Assembly (NCBI GenBank): GCA_040285855.1
Contig: JAUFOQ010000006.1
Location: 806,001-870,000, forward strand
DNA: 64,000 nt
Reading direction: 5' to 3'
From: Eukaryota sp. GEM-RC1
Lineage: Eukaryota
Part shown: in pieces, positions 35,558 through 48,515 of the stretch
Position numbering within the stretch: position 1 is the first letter of the stretch
How the letters are laid out: every line of letters starts with the position of its first letter
The notes under the pieces: model-generated
What the model saw: the letters and a program-made list of their open reading frames with translations, nothing else
What the model was told of the DNA's origin: nothing
Databases searched by the model: none
Position numbers and translations under genes: made by a program

Positions 35558-38261
35558 CTAGTATATCCCTCTGGCTGTGTGTATAACGTTTTTGTCGTGA
35601 TCATGAATAGTACCAAGAGAAAAATCAAAAGAGTGGGGAGAAACATCAATGTTTGGAGTCAATTTACCAGTTGAAACTAAGTCAAAGATATACACAATAG
35701 TTTTAAGACCAAAGTTATTCTCAGTAAAAGTGAGTCTAGTTAAATGAGGGTTACACTGAATTGCATCGATTAAACTGATAAAGATTTCATCAGACTCTTC
35801 AGAAGTTAGTTTACGAATACTTTGACCCCAACATTCTGATTGTCGTTCAATTAATCTACAACCACTAAAGTCAAAAGAAGTTAATGATTGATTAACCCTG
35901 AATAAATCACACAAAGCAGTGAAGGATTCCCCTGTAAAACGACATTCTTTAAGAGTGAGTTCTTTGATACCAAAACACTGCAAAAAAGACTTTAAAGATG
36001 AAAGCTCCTCATCGGGTCTTTCGTATATATCTGAACAAACCCACAACGTTCCCATACCAGTGTCGATTCGAAAATTCTCACATTTAAAAATTGTAATAGC
36101 CTCAGTTGACTTTAGAAAATTCAACATCAAAACTAAATCATGTCCGTAAACTCTTTCATGGTAATCAATAGAGCCATTGGAGAAATCAAAAGAGTGGGGA
36201 GTAATATGAAAATTTGAAGTCAATTTACCAGTTGAAACCAATTCAAAGATATACAACAGATATTCCAAAAGAAAATCATAAGGACAAAAAGTAACATTCT
36301 GTAAACACGTGTTGCACTGAATTGCATCGATTAAGTTAGAACAAATATCATCTAACATGGGCACGCCAAAGTCACATTCAATGAAGTCAACAGAAGTCAA
36401 CAAGTTATTATCGCTGATTAAATCGCACAAAGAAGGGATAGACTCGTCAGTAAACCTACAGTGTTCTTTAGTAAGTTCTTTGATGTTAAGATATTTCAAA
36501 TAACTTTGCAAATATGAGGCTACATCAGCAGTTAGAGGGTCTTCCCATTGTCCATAAAGACTAAATCGACCGTTATCAGTATCAAATTCAAGTGGAGTCT
36601 CAGACCAAGAACGTCCAAGGGCTGTGAAATGTTTAATGGAACTATTTGACTTTAAAAAATCCAATACTGAAATTAATTCATCGCTGTTCAAAGTGTGATC
36701 ATAATGAATTGTTCCACGTGAAAAATCAAAAGAATAAGGATAAATATCAATGCTTGATGTCAATTTACCAGTTGAAATCAATTCAATGATAAACAAAAGA
36801 GTTCTAAGACCAAAGTTATTCTCAGTAAAAGTGACTTTCTTTAAACGAGAGTTGAACTGAATAGCATCGATCAAGTTAAAATAAAGTTCATAAGACTCCA
36901 ATCTAGAACTACTGAAGTCAAAAGAAGTTAATAATTGATTAACCCTGATTAAATCACACAAAGCAGTGATGGATTCTTCAGTGAATAGACACCTTTTAAG
37001 AGAAAGTTCTTTGATGTTGAAACACTCCAAAAAACTTTACAAAGAAAACAATTCTTCAGGAGACAATGGAGTTTCAGAATAAATGACTGGTGAATAACAA
37101 AACACACCATTTTGAACATCAATTAAATGAGGAGAATATTGAACCTTTTGGTAACTACAGCTTTAAACATTAACATTAAACAATTCAAATCAAGCGGATG
37201 CAAACAGAGTCTTGTTTCTAGTAAAGTGGAATTCACATTCAATCCACTTTCAATAGTTGCAAATTGAGACGAAGTAACAGGGAGTTCAAGATTTAGAACT
37301 ATAAGTGTGGAATTGTTCTCTAACATTTGACTTAAGGACTGAACATCTTCGTCAGTAAGTTGCTGTTCTTTGTAAAACGTAACTTGTAATTCTAAAAGAG
37401 AAGTATTGAATCCCAAAAGATTAAAAATTGGTAAATATGGTACGTTACCACAAGAATCCAAATGTAACATCAATTTTTTTTAAAACAGAAGTACAATGTA
37501 AAATTTTGACAATTTCTTGGCCGCTAAACTCAGAATTTTGTAAAGTTAGTTCTCTAAGAGATGAATTAGTCCTGATACCATTCATTTGGTCTACAGAACT
37601 TTCTCTAAAATTGTCCAAATATTTAGAATACATTCCATAATCAATAATTTCAAAATTTTTAATACTAGAGCTGTGTAATAATTCCAAAATAGTACATGAG
37701 GTTTCAGCATTAAAATGATCTAAACATACTGTTTCAATAACAGAATTCCTCGACAACGCAGTAAACAAAACCAAACATTCTTCATCATTGATCACACCAC
37801 CGTTAAATCTACGTTTTCGAAAAGCAACCTTCTTCAACGTGTTATTGAAACGAAACACTTCTGCTAGAGAAATAGCATCATAAGCAGTTATTCGGAAAAA
37901 TCTGATATTTAAATCTAACACAGTAGTATTGATCATTAAAGATTTACAAAGAAGAGTAAAATTATCAATTTCTGAAGAGCTGTACAACAAAAATTGGGTT
38001 TTCAATTGGGTTTTCAAATTGAAATTCCAGGGTCAACATAGGATTGATCAGACGTTTAATTAAGTGAAGATTGGACAGAATCAATAGTGATTCATGGAAA
38101 TAAATGGACGGTTTATGACGAAAGAGAGAATCGCAGAGTGTAGTATCAAAGTTTGTTCGCATGGAAGAGAAACAAGAAGAGGAAACATTATCTAAGGTTC
38201 CATCAGTGGTTGTAAGAGAGTCATTGGAAGAGTGAACAAAGTCTTGTAGAGGTCCAGTCAT
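35558..38261 (-). CDS. Divergent RI/NLRC3-like LRR-repeat family protein, copy 1 (frameshifted)
   Basis: ORFs 37965, 37445, 37123 and 35558 are collinear with copy 2. Repeats of IKELTLK.C.FT.ESITALCDLIRVNQSLTSFDFS and SNIDISPH..D.... Confidence 0.75.
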
Positions 38262-38349
38262 ACAAAAAACTGAGTAGTCAACTAGAACTAAGAAAACGCA
38301 CTGTATTTACAATTACAGATCAAGATCATAATTAATATTAACAAAGGAG

Positions 38350-38720
38350 ATACAAATACATCTACATCATCTCAAAATTATGTCTCAAATCGAATAAAAA
38401 TACCTAAACAATGCTTGAAGAGGGAAAATGTCAACCGTCATCTCATTAACATTCTTTCCGTACTGCTTACACAATTTGCCGAAAGAAGTGAGAAATTTTT
38501 GGCCGAAAAAGCCAAACGTTCCGTAAAGAGAAAGGGCAAAAGGATGGAAAACGATCGGATTGTGTCAACTGGAATTCATCTTGGTAATTGATTCAACAAA
38601 ATGGTCTAATTTTTTCCTTTCAGCAGTTTCAAGAGCACTTTACTACGGTTGATCCTTGTGACTCAACTTCTGTTAACAAAATTTTAGACAAAAACTACTC
38701 ACCATTAATATTTCTTGAGA
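38350..38720. mobile_element. RLE retrotransposon fragments in inverted junction
   Basis: Minus strand 38350-38640 reads SALETAERKKLDH...FHPFALSLYGTFG...RLTFSLF. Plus strand 38639-38720 reads FTTVDPCDSTSVNKILDKNYSPL. Confidence 0.7.
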
Positions 38721-38975
38721 GGACAATCAAGAACCAATCAAATCACATCTACTTATCTCTCTTATTTGGGTCAGACAAAGTATCTGAACCTGGTTCGATT
38801 CTTCCATTAAAACCTTTGCTTTTAAACAATTCTATACATTGATCACCTACTGTTGTGAATGATTGATCTTAAATGAACACACTTATGACAGTTTCAACTA
38901 GAACTGGAGTGTGTCTGTCTACTACTTGTACATTAGTGAGAGCCAATGAACGTGACATGTCACAACACATTTCAA

Positions 38976-39826
38976 TAGTGTTACGAGAAACGTACCAAAA
39001 TTTGTCTGGAAACGTTTCGGAGAGGTTTCCACGTTTCCGCGTTTCCGAAACGCATTTTTATGTGTTCAATTCTCGTATCTTTCTAATCCAATTTCTCTCT
39101 TCCAAAATTTCTGAAATGTCAACAGACTCTAGTATGTCGTGACGATAATGATGAAGTTGAAGTCGATCAGATTGTAGACAGCGATGACTCTTCGTCACTT
39201 TTCTCTCCCAGTGGCCGAAAACCAGATTATAAAGTCGCTGGATTACCTTGTGGCAACGGTCTCTTTAAGATGGATGTTTCCTTGTGTTAGATGGAGGACT
39301 GGTCCTTTTGGTTGTCCACTTATGATCTTTAACATTGTAACACCTGATGGTGCAATGTTATACGGTTGTATTACCACTTTTGCAAATTTTAAAGATGACC
39401 ATGCTATTTTTATAGAAATTAATAATGTTATTGAAACAAATAAACCAGCATACATCACCAACGGTGAAACAAAGATGGTCAAAGTTGGTAGACGACTTTA
39501 AAAGAAATTTCTAGGATTTATCAGTAGTCATATACGTTGAAGGCATGAAGAAGTTTCGAATGATTTAGTTCAACAACAAGATGAAATTGCCAATATCCTT
39601 TTTGGTGGCTTGAAATTGCGTTTTAGGGAATGATCTCACTCAAACTGTATCAATCTGTAGTATTTGGTGAGTTTCTGTTGTATAAATACAAGTTAAAACC
39701 AGACCCGAAATTTACGTTTCCGAAACGTATGCAACGTTTCCATGCCGTTCCCATACTGATATGTTTATTGGAAACGTTTTGGAAACGTGGAAATGCTGAA
39801 ACGTAGAAACGTTTCTCGTAACACTA
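38976..39826. mobile_element. Non-autonomous hAT element with 18-bp TIRs and an 8-bp TSD
   Basis: TIR tagtgttacgagaaacgt at both ends, TSD catttcaa on both flanks, and many subterminal gaaacg motifs. Confidence 0.92.
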
Positions 39827-40872
39827 CATTTCAATATAACGTAGTACAACGTGTGTCACAATGTAGACTATATTCTCGTTGCATTGCGTCACGTCGTGAC
39901 TCATTGAGGTCGTTTCTTCCCTTTGTTAGGTCTAATGCAACTTGCAAACACTGTTCTTTTCTCACTGTTTCTGTTCTATAAATTCATGTGTTAAAATCAC
40001 TGATAAACGCTCGGCTTGTACTAGTAGAACGAAGAGATTTTCTCTAAGTTAGGTGCGAGAAAGCACTCGCACTCAGTGCGAAGTTTGTTAACGAATTCAC
40101 TTTGTGTTAACAGTCTTTTGTTGTCAATTTTTGAGTACAATACCTCAGCGTTGTGAGTGAATACAATATTCCAATATTCAGTTTGGGGCTGCGTTGATGC
40201 AAGCTCCTTCAGATTAAAATGAGACGCAAACTTGTGGTGTATTTGTATCTCATAGCAAATTGGAACTGAAATATTTCAAACTTATAACCATTACTGTTAT
40301 TACGATAAAAGTTGATAAAAAAGGTTTAAGGTGTTTTGTAGCGATATTTGCAATGAAGAGGTGTTTCGCTTTTAGGTTTAAAAGAGTGACGAATATTGTC
40401 ATTGAAGTAACTGAAATTGAGTTCAGACGAAGAGTATATCTGATTATTATCACTTCTTTTATTGAAGTTTTTGGTACACATGATGTAAAAACAACTTAAA
40501 ATCATTGTCATTAAAACATCTAGAGCCAGACTAGAATGTGTGTGTGTTTTAGGATTTCAAATACAGATAGTCAAGATGGTCATGGCCAAAGAAGTCGCAT
40601 TGAAATGATACACCACATCGCTGACATTGTTGATACATATGTGATAAAACATCATAGTATGTCATTTTCAGTAGACAACTCATTTTTGTCCACTGAACCC
40701 AATCCACAACTCTACCTTAGGCACCAACAACCAATTAAAATCTACATTTCAATAAATTTGTCGAATAAAACGAATGATCAGTAGTTGATGCAGTGTGTTA
40801 GTTTTCAGTCAAAGAATTTTTTTTATAGAAATCATGTAGCTAAAGTCAATAGATTGTGAATCCTAATCACAT

Positions 40873-43800
40873 CTACATGTGATTAGACCTTTGTAGGACC
40901 CTGTTGTCGTAGCAGATTGTTCCACGTGAGAAATCAAAAGTGAAAGGAGAAACATCAATGTTTGAAGTCAACTTACCAGTTGAAACTAATTCAAATATAT
41001 ACAAAAGATCTTTAAGACGAACGTTATTCTCAGTAAAAGAAACTTTTTTTAAACGAGAGTTGAACTGAATTGCATCGAATAAGTTAGAAGAATCTTCATC
41101 AGACCAAAATTCACAACGACTGAAGTCAAAAGAACTCAACGATTGATTAACCCTGATTAAATCGCACAAAGCAGTGATGGATTCTTCAGGAAATATACAG
41201 TCTTTAAGAGCAAAATTTCTGATGTTGAACCTTTCAAAAAAACTCTGCAAAGAAAAAAAGTTCTTTAGGAGACACTGGATTTTTAGAAAAAACTGGTGAA
41301 TATATAAACACACCATTTTGAACATCAATTAAATGAGGAGTGACATCAATGTTTGAAGTCAATCGACCAATTGAAACCAATTCAAAGATATACATAAGAA
41401 TGTTAAGACCAAAATTATTCTGAGTAAAACTGACTTTCTTTAAATGAGAAATACTCTGAATTGCATCGATCAAGTTAGAATAAATTTCATCAGACTTCAG
41501 ATGGTCCATGATCTCGTAAGAATTATACGAGCTCAGTTGAACCAATCTACAATCACTGAAGTCAAAAGAAGTCAATGATTGATTAACTCTGATTAGATCA
41601 CACAAAGGAACAATAGATTCGTTAGTAAATTCACAGCACCTAAAAGTGAGTTCCTTGATGCTGAAACACTTCAAAGAACACTGCAAAGCAGCTACTGCAT
41701 CAGTAGTGAAAGGACCTATCCCAGTGAGACAAAACCGATCATTATCTGTATGAAGATCGACAGGCGTTCTGCAATTACGATGATTATTGTACGGTAGAGC
41801 TGTATAAAGGTTAAAAGACTCATTTGACTTTAGAAAATCAAACCGTAACAGAATTTCTTTACCACCCACACCACCACTACAAGAGTCCACTTTTTCATAG
41901 GAAATTGTTCCAAGTGATAAATCAAAAGAATGAGGAGAAATATCAATGTTTGAAGTTAATTTACCAGTTGAGACCAATTCATAGATATACAAAAGAGTTC
42001 TAAGACCAAAGTTATTCTCAGCAAAAGTAACTTTCTTTAAACGAGAGTTGAACTGAATTGCATCGATCAAGTTAGAGTAAATTTCATAAGACTTAAGTTC
42101 ATCAATATTTTGGCGAAAATTATGTGATGTTCGTGCAATCAATTTACAGCCACTGAAGTCAAAAGAATTCAATGAATTATTATCACTTATTAAATCACAC
42201 AAAGCAGTGATGGATTCTTCAGTGAATTCACAGTAATTAAGAGTAAGCTCTTTGATAGTAAAACACTTCAAAAAACTTTGCAAAGATGAAATGTCTTCAG
42301 GACGCAACAATTCTGAACTGAAACTATAACTACTATAGCTTTTTGCTGAATAACAAAACACACCATTTTGAACATCAATTAAATGAGGAGAAATATCAAT
42401 ATTTGAAGTCAATTGACCAGATGAAACCAATTCAAAGATATACAAAAGATCTGTAAGACGAATGGAATCCGCTTTGAAAGTAACTTTCTTTAAACGAGAA
42501 TTGAACTGAAGTGCATCGATCAAGTTAGAGCAAAGTTCACGAGTACCAGACGGGAATTCACAATGACTGAAGTCAAAAGAAGTCAAAGATTGATTTTCCC
42601 TTATTAAATCACACAAAGCAGTGATGGATTCTTTAGAGAATATACAGTCTTTGAAAACAAGATGCTTGATGTTAAAGGAGTTCAAATAAGACTGTATAAA
42701 TGAAACTACATCAGCAGTCGATAAGTTTCCCCCAGAAAGACAAAAACGATCGTTATCTGTATGAAGTTCAACTTGCTTTCTGTTTTTAGACGATCGAAAA
42801 GCTGTACAACGTTTGATAGAATCATTTGACTTTAGAAAATCCAACAGTAACAGAATTTCGTTATCACCCCAAGCACCACCGCAAGTGCACCACTCCACTT
42901 CTTCATAGGAAATTGTTCCAAGTGATAAATCAAAAGAATGAGGAAAAATATCAATATTTGAAGTCAATTTACCAGTTGAAATCAATTCAATGATGAACAA
43001 ATAAGTTTTAATTGTGGTTATAATCTCAGTCAAACTGATTTTCTTTAAACGAGAGTTGTACTGAATAGCATTGATTAAGTTGGAATAAAGTTCATGAGAC
43101 TTCAGATTGTCAATACCCGAGTTCCAATGACGATAGTGTCGCAAGACACAACGACTGAAGTCAAAAGAAGTCAATGACTGATTAACCCTGATTAAATCAC
43201 ACAAAGCAGTGATGAATTCCTCAGTGAATGTACACCTTTTAAGAGTAAGTTCTTTGATGTTGTAACATTCCAAAAAACAATTTAAAGACGACAATTCTTC
43301 AGGAAACAATGGCTTTACATTATAAGTATATGGCGCATAACAAAACACACCATTTTGAACATCAATTAAATGAGGAGAAACATCAAAATAGAACTTAAAT
43401 TCCGCATGTACAACTTCAAACATTAACATTAAACAACTTAAATCACTGGGAATAAAATGTAGCTTAGGTTCGAGTAAAGTGGAATTCATGTTCAGTCCTT
43501 TTACGATAGTTAAAAAACGAAAAGACGTAACATGTAAATTAAGATTTAAAACCAAAAGAGTGGAATTTTTCTGCAACATTTTACCTAAAGAAATGGCCTC
43601 TTCATCAGTAAGATTTGATTTTCTAACCACTTGTAATTCTAACAGACAAGTATTGAATTCCAAAAATTTAAATAACGTAGGAAGGTAAGAAGATTCATGT
43701 AGTACAAGTTTTCGTAATCCGGAACAATATTTAATAATTTGCACCAGAAATTGGGTACTGTACCGTTGCTCTTTAAAAGTTAGTTTTCTAAGGGAGCAAT

Positions 43801-44796
43801 TAGTCCAGAGATCACTATCAATATCTGTATCTGGAAATAGAAAACCAATAAAACATGCTGTTTCAATCACAGAACTCTTTAATAGAGCATTCACCAAAAC
43901 CAGAGATTCATCGGCGTTCAAATGACCACAATGCTTAGAAAGTAAAATCTTCTTCAACGTCTTATTGTAACGAAAGACGTCTGATAGAGAAACAATAACT
44001 AGAGTATCAGTAGCATCAAGAACAATACTTAATTCTAATACAGTAGTATTGGTCATTAAGGATTCACAAAGAAGAGTAAGTGGACCAATATCTGAAGAAT
44101 TAGAACAATACAACAGAACTTCCAGACGTCTGAGAAGTGGCAAGAAGAAAACAGAAGAAATGTCAAGAAACTGCTGTAATTCATAATAATAACTTGTGAT
44201 AACAGAACTCCGGGTCGACTCAGTAGACCAATCTTCATCTAGTGCACGGTCAATCTCCAAATAATCAAGATGTGAAATAATTGAAGTAAAAGGAAGAAAC
44301 GCCTCGTTAAGATCAAATTTATGATCAAGTGCTATAGAAACTGATCTGATATAGCATCCAAAGAAAGAATTAATAGCAGAAAATAATGAAAGCTGACGAG
44401 GATAAGCTGACGAGGGAATCGTGTTTGTTTGAAAAAGACTTTAACAGCAGTAAAAGAGAACTCAAAGAAACGGTCACTTACATAACCAACTTTCGTGAGG
44501 AAGGAATCGTACAAGCATTGTAAGTACGAGGGTGTGTTGTTGTTCTCCGATCGTTGTGGATAAGCATGTTGTGGACAATTATCCTCACCCTCCTTCAACA
44601 TACGATTGATCAGACGTTTAATCAAATGAAGATTGACACAAGTGAATAGTGATTCATGAAAGTAGATGGACGGTTTATGACGGAAGAGAGAATCGCGGAA
44701 GGTATCAAAGCTTGTTCGCATGGAAGAGAAACAAGAAGATGAAACATTATCTAAGGTTCCATCAGTGGTTTGAAGAGTTATTAAAGGTTCAGTCAT
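40873..44796 (-). CDS. Divergent RI/NLRC3-like LRR-repeat family protein, copy 2 (about 1300 aa, two frameshifts)
   Basis: ORFs 44332, 41234 (1008 aa) and 40873. The N-terminus (TTDGTLDNVSSSCFSSMRT...SIYFHESL) is nearly identical to copy 1. First ATG at 44796. Confidence 0.8.
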
Positions 44797-44877
44797 TTGA
44801 GTCAACTTTTCAAAAACTATACTCTTCCCACAACCATCAATAAGGTCTTTAAACCTTCTTGTCCTTCCAATTTGTCA

Positions 44878-47250
44878 ATGTCTAAACGACATTTAAGTTC
44901 TCGTTCACATTTTGATGCTGAGGATCCTTCATCTGTTGGTTTTCCTAAAAAATCTCGTAGGTCCAAACTAGACTCTTGGGAATTAAAACAACTCAAAGCA
45001 GCAGGTGTGAAAACTTCTTCATTGATTGACCCAAGTGCTTTAAAGGAAGAGGACGAAGAAGAAGCTCTACCAGACATTTCAGCTTGTTATAACCCAAATC
45101 TCCTCGTAAAAGAAGTCACTGATCCTCGTCTTGCACATTCTTGCTACTCTGACAGTCACTTCTCCATTACTTCACTTCCGGAGGGCTCTCTAACTAGAGC
45201 TGCGGTCTCCGCAAAGAGTCTCATACGGTCCATCAAACCTCCTCATGCTTCTATGTCTTCTTCTAGACACACATCCAGAACTAGAGCTCCTCCACCTCCT
45301 TCCACTTCCACTTCTCTCCTTCCCATCGCTGACTACAAGGAACAGATATTATCTCTTATTCTTAGTAATCCTTTCTCAGTTATTCTAGGTGAAACTGGAT
45401 CTGGAAAGACTACCCAGATTCCTCAATTTCTTGCCTACCACTCTGCCTTGAATCAATCAAAAATGATTGGAATCACTCAGCCTCGACGTGTTGCTGCAAT
45501 GTCTGTAGCTCAAAGAGTTGCGGATGAGCTCAATTCCCGGCTGGGAGACATTGTCGGGTACAACATTAGATTTGAGTCTGTTCAGTCCGAGTATACCAAG
45601 ATTCTTTACATGACTGATGGTGTTTTGTTAAAGGAATTACAATCAGATCACTTATTATCAAAATATTCCGTGATAATGCTAGATGAAGCTCATGAAAGAA
45701 GTGTGAATAGTGATCTTTTGATTGGTTTGTTAAGGAAAGTTGTTGAGAAGAGATCAGATTTGAGAGTCGTGGTCACGTCGGCAACGTTAGATTCTCAGAA
45801 ATTCGTTGATTTTTTGGATTGTCCTTCACTTTCAATTCCAGGACGACAGTTTCCAGTTGACGTTTTTTATACCAAAACATTTGATCCAGATTATATATCT
45901 AACTGCGTAGAAACGGTCAAGGTGATTCACACTGATTTAGCCAAATCTATTCCTGGTGACGTGCTTGTGTTTTTGACTGGAGCAGAAGAGATTGAACTCG
46001 CAGTGTCCATGATGATCTCTTTTCAACAATCACTAACGTCATCAGAGTATCTAAATTTAGATGTTTTTGGATTGTACTCCTCAATGGCTTCAGAAGAACA
46101 GAAAAAGGTGTTTCTCCCAGCTTCTCCGGGATCTAGAAAGGTCATTTTCTCAACAAACATTGCGGAAACTTCAATCACAATTGATGGAATCGTATACGTT
46201 GTTGATAGTGGATTCATGAAGATCAAATCATACAATCCAAAGCTATCAATGGATCAGCTCGTGATTGTCCCCATTTCAAAAGCCAATGCCAGACAGCGAA
46301 GTGGTAGGGCTGGGAGAACGCAACCTGGTAAGTGTTTTAGGTTGTATACGAGGAGAGGGTTCGAGCAGGAGATGATTGAGAATCCAATTCCAGAGCTTTT
46401 GAGAAGTAATTTAATGTCAGTTGTTCTCATGATGAAGTCTTTAGGAGTCATTGATTTAAAAAAATTTAAATTTTTAGATCCACCCTCAATGTCGAGTATC
46501 TCAGCTGCTGAGAACGCACTCTGTCTATTAGGTGCAACTACTGAGGATGGTTTCCTTACTCCGCTAGGTCGACGTCTCTCTCAATTTCCTTTAGACCCTT
46601 GTCTAGCCAAGATGTTGTTGTCCGCAGTAGATTTGAACTGTAGTAGAGATGCAGTGATAGTATCTGCAATGTTGTCAGTAGAAGATGTTTTTAATCGTCC
46701 GTCGTCCCGTCAAAAACCGCAGAGCTTTGCCGTTGATGATATTATGGGTTCCAGTTCAGGTTCTTCCTCTCTACTTGCAAGAGCTGAGTCTGCTCATTCT
46801 AGATTTATTCATGGTTCGGGAGATCACAAGACATTGCTTAATGTTTATCAAAAATGGGAGGTTTCTGGATTTACTTATGAGTGGTGTAAACGAAACTTTA
46901 TTCATTTTAGAGCAATGAAAGAAGCTCGGGAGATTGTAAAGCAGCTCTCTGAAATCATGACTAATCTGAGACTTCCGTTGACTTCTTGTAACTCGAGCTC
47001 AGCCTTGATTCAATCAATAGGTGCAGGTCATTTCTTTAAGGTAGCAAAACGTGACGGGGAAGGATATAAGACATTGGCTGAAGGTACAAGTGTGTTTATC
47101 CACCCCTCTAGTACGTTGTTTTATAAGCAACCTCGTTTTGTTGTTTATAATGAGTTAGTATTAACTACTCGGGAGTATATGAGATGTGTGAGTATTATTG
47201 ATCCGCGTTGGCTTGTTAAAATTTGCCCGAAAATGTTTCAATATAAATAA
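44878..47250 (+). CDS. DEAH-box RNA helicase, spliceosomal Prp22/Prp16/Prp43 (DHX8-like) group
   Basis: GETGSGKT, TQPRRVAA, DEAH, SAT, STNIAETS, QRSGRAGR, HA2 and OB-fold (IHPSS). First ATG at 44878. Confidence 0.95.
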   Translation: MSKRHLSSRSHFDAEDPSSVGFPKKSRRSKLDSWELKQLKAAGVKTSSLIDPSALKEEDEEEALPDISACYNPNLLVKEVTDPRLAHSCYSDSHFSITSLPEGSLTRAAVSAKSLIRSIKPPHASMSSSRHTSRTRAPPPPSTSTSLLPIADYKEQILSLILSNPFSVILGETGSGKTTQIPQFLAYHSALNQSKMIGITQPRRVAAMSVAQRVADELNSRLGDIVGYNIRFESVQSEYTKILYMTDGVLLKELQSDHLLSKYSVIMLDEAHERSVNSDLLIGLLRKVVEKRSDLRVVVTSATLDSQKFVDFLDCPSLSIPGRQFPVDVFYTKTFDPDYISNCVETVKVIHTDLAKSIPGDVLVFLTGAEEIELAVSMMISFQQSLTSSEYLNLDVFGLYSSMASEEQKKVFLPASPGSRKVIFSTNIAETSITIDGIVYVVDSGFMKIKSYNPKLSMDQLVIVPISKANARQRSGRAGRTQPGKCFRLYTRRGFEQEMIENPIPELLRSNLMSVVLMMKSLGVIDLKKFKFLDPPSMSSISAAENALCLLGATTEDGFLTPLGRRLSQFPLDPCLAKMLLSAVDLNCSRDAVIVSAMLSVEDVFNRPSSRQKPQSFAVDDIMGSSSGSSSLLARAESAHSRFIHGSGDHKTLLNVYQKWEVSGFTYEWCKRNFIHFRAMKEAREIVKQLSEIMTNLRLPLTSCNSSSALIQSIGAGHFFKVAKRDGEGYKTLAEGTSVFIHPSSTLFYKQPRFVVYNELVLTTREYMRCVSIIDPRWLVKICPKMFQYK

Positions 47251-47312
47251 TTTATTGATTTTGGTTTAAAATTTAAATGAATTTATGTATGCATTTCCGC
47301 CTGAAATTGATA

Positions 47313-48035
47313 CAGTCAGGTTCCTATAATTTCAACCCTATCCGGACCTTGAAATTACAGGAACCTTGAATTTATAGGATCTCTCTATCTTCTCAGCTAC
47401 TTTCACTCATGATACGCTCTGTAGTCTCTGCATAACCTAATAAAACACCAATTCTTCATTGTATTGCTTAGTCCTTTACATGAATCGCACTGATTCGATA
47501 AGTGTGGATTTCTCGTTGATCTTGTCGTCCGTAAGGGTGTCAATGATGTCCTTTTCCGTGAACTTCGTCAACGTAACGTGTAGAGCTGAGTTTTGCATGT
47601 TTCAGACCACTTTTAGCAAGATTTGCGGAAATGAGTAACCAACAGTACTACCACAACAACGAAGAAGACTTTGGAGTTTCATAGTTAAGTATTTTGGGAT
47701 GTAAGTGAATGGAAGAAAACCACCAGTTGGAACGCAGGCAAACGCGAAAACACGATTTATGACACACAAAGTAACATCAAACTGACTCTATCAATCATCA
47801 GCATAACCGAAATGTACTTAGATAGCTATCAGAACACTAAAGGCTCGTAAACAGGAAATTCCATGCAGACTCATATCGACGTTCCAGAAGATGCACTTAA
47901 GTAGTTCTAGTGGCTGATAGCAGTTATTTTAGAGAAAAGTTGATGTTAGAGGTATCGGAAGGGTGTAACATTTTGGGACCTTGAAATTAGAGGATCCTTG
48001 AAATAATGGGGGTTGAAATTACAGGAACCTGACTG
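47313..48035. mobile_element. Tc1/mariner(pogo)-type MITE with TA TSD
   Basis: TA|cagtcaggttcctataatttcaaccc ... gggttgaaattacaggaacctgactg|TA, with subterminal ggaccttgaaatta repeats at both ends. Confidence 0.9.
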
Positions 48036-48515
48036 TACTATGATTGTGATGTTAGAGCTTTAAGGTGCATGTTGATGAAGCTTGGACCCTATTTCCAGAA
48101 GGATTTCTAGTCATTGCTAATAAAAACATGGTACTGTACACGTTGTTAGTGTATCTTCAGTGATTGAAGTGATCATGGCTTAATACAGAATATAGTATAT
48201 TTATTAAATATTGAATATGTTGAATTTAGTATATTTTTGAACCATTTAACATCCCTAGAATAAACTGTTCATTTTTAACAAAGTGTGTCAGTTCCTGTTT
48301 TTTGAGATGCGGTATTTAGTGAAATGCAATCCTTGACTTAGTGCAAAAGCAACCAAACGTTGTTGTCTATAATATATATTTCTACTTAAGTAACTAAATT
48401 GTTGTAGGTTGATACCATTTGACCGTGTTAGGGTTAATAGTGACATGAAACTTTGTAAACTTTGTACAGAAGAAGAAAAATGGACATAATCATTCATTTA
48501 TTTACAAAAACTGGT

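Noticed and set aside
40250..40511. Short ORFs on both strands
   Set aside because: No domain, no intron signal and no coding-like composition.
20644..46918. Many short antisense or nested ORFs inside long genes
   Set aside because: They are shadows of the real CDS on the opposite strand or in another frame.
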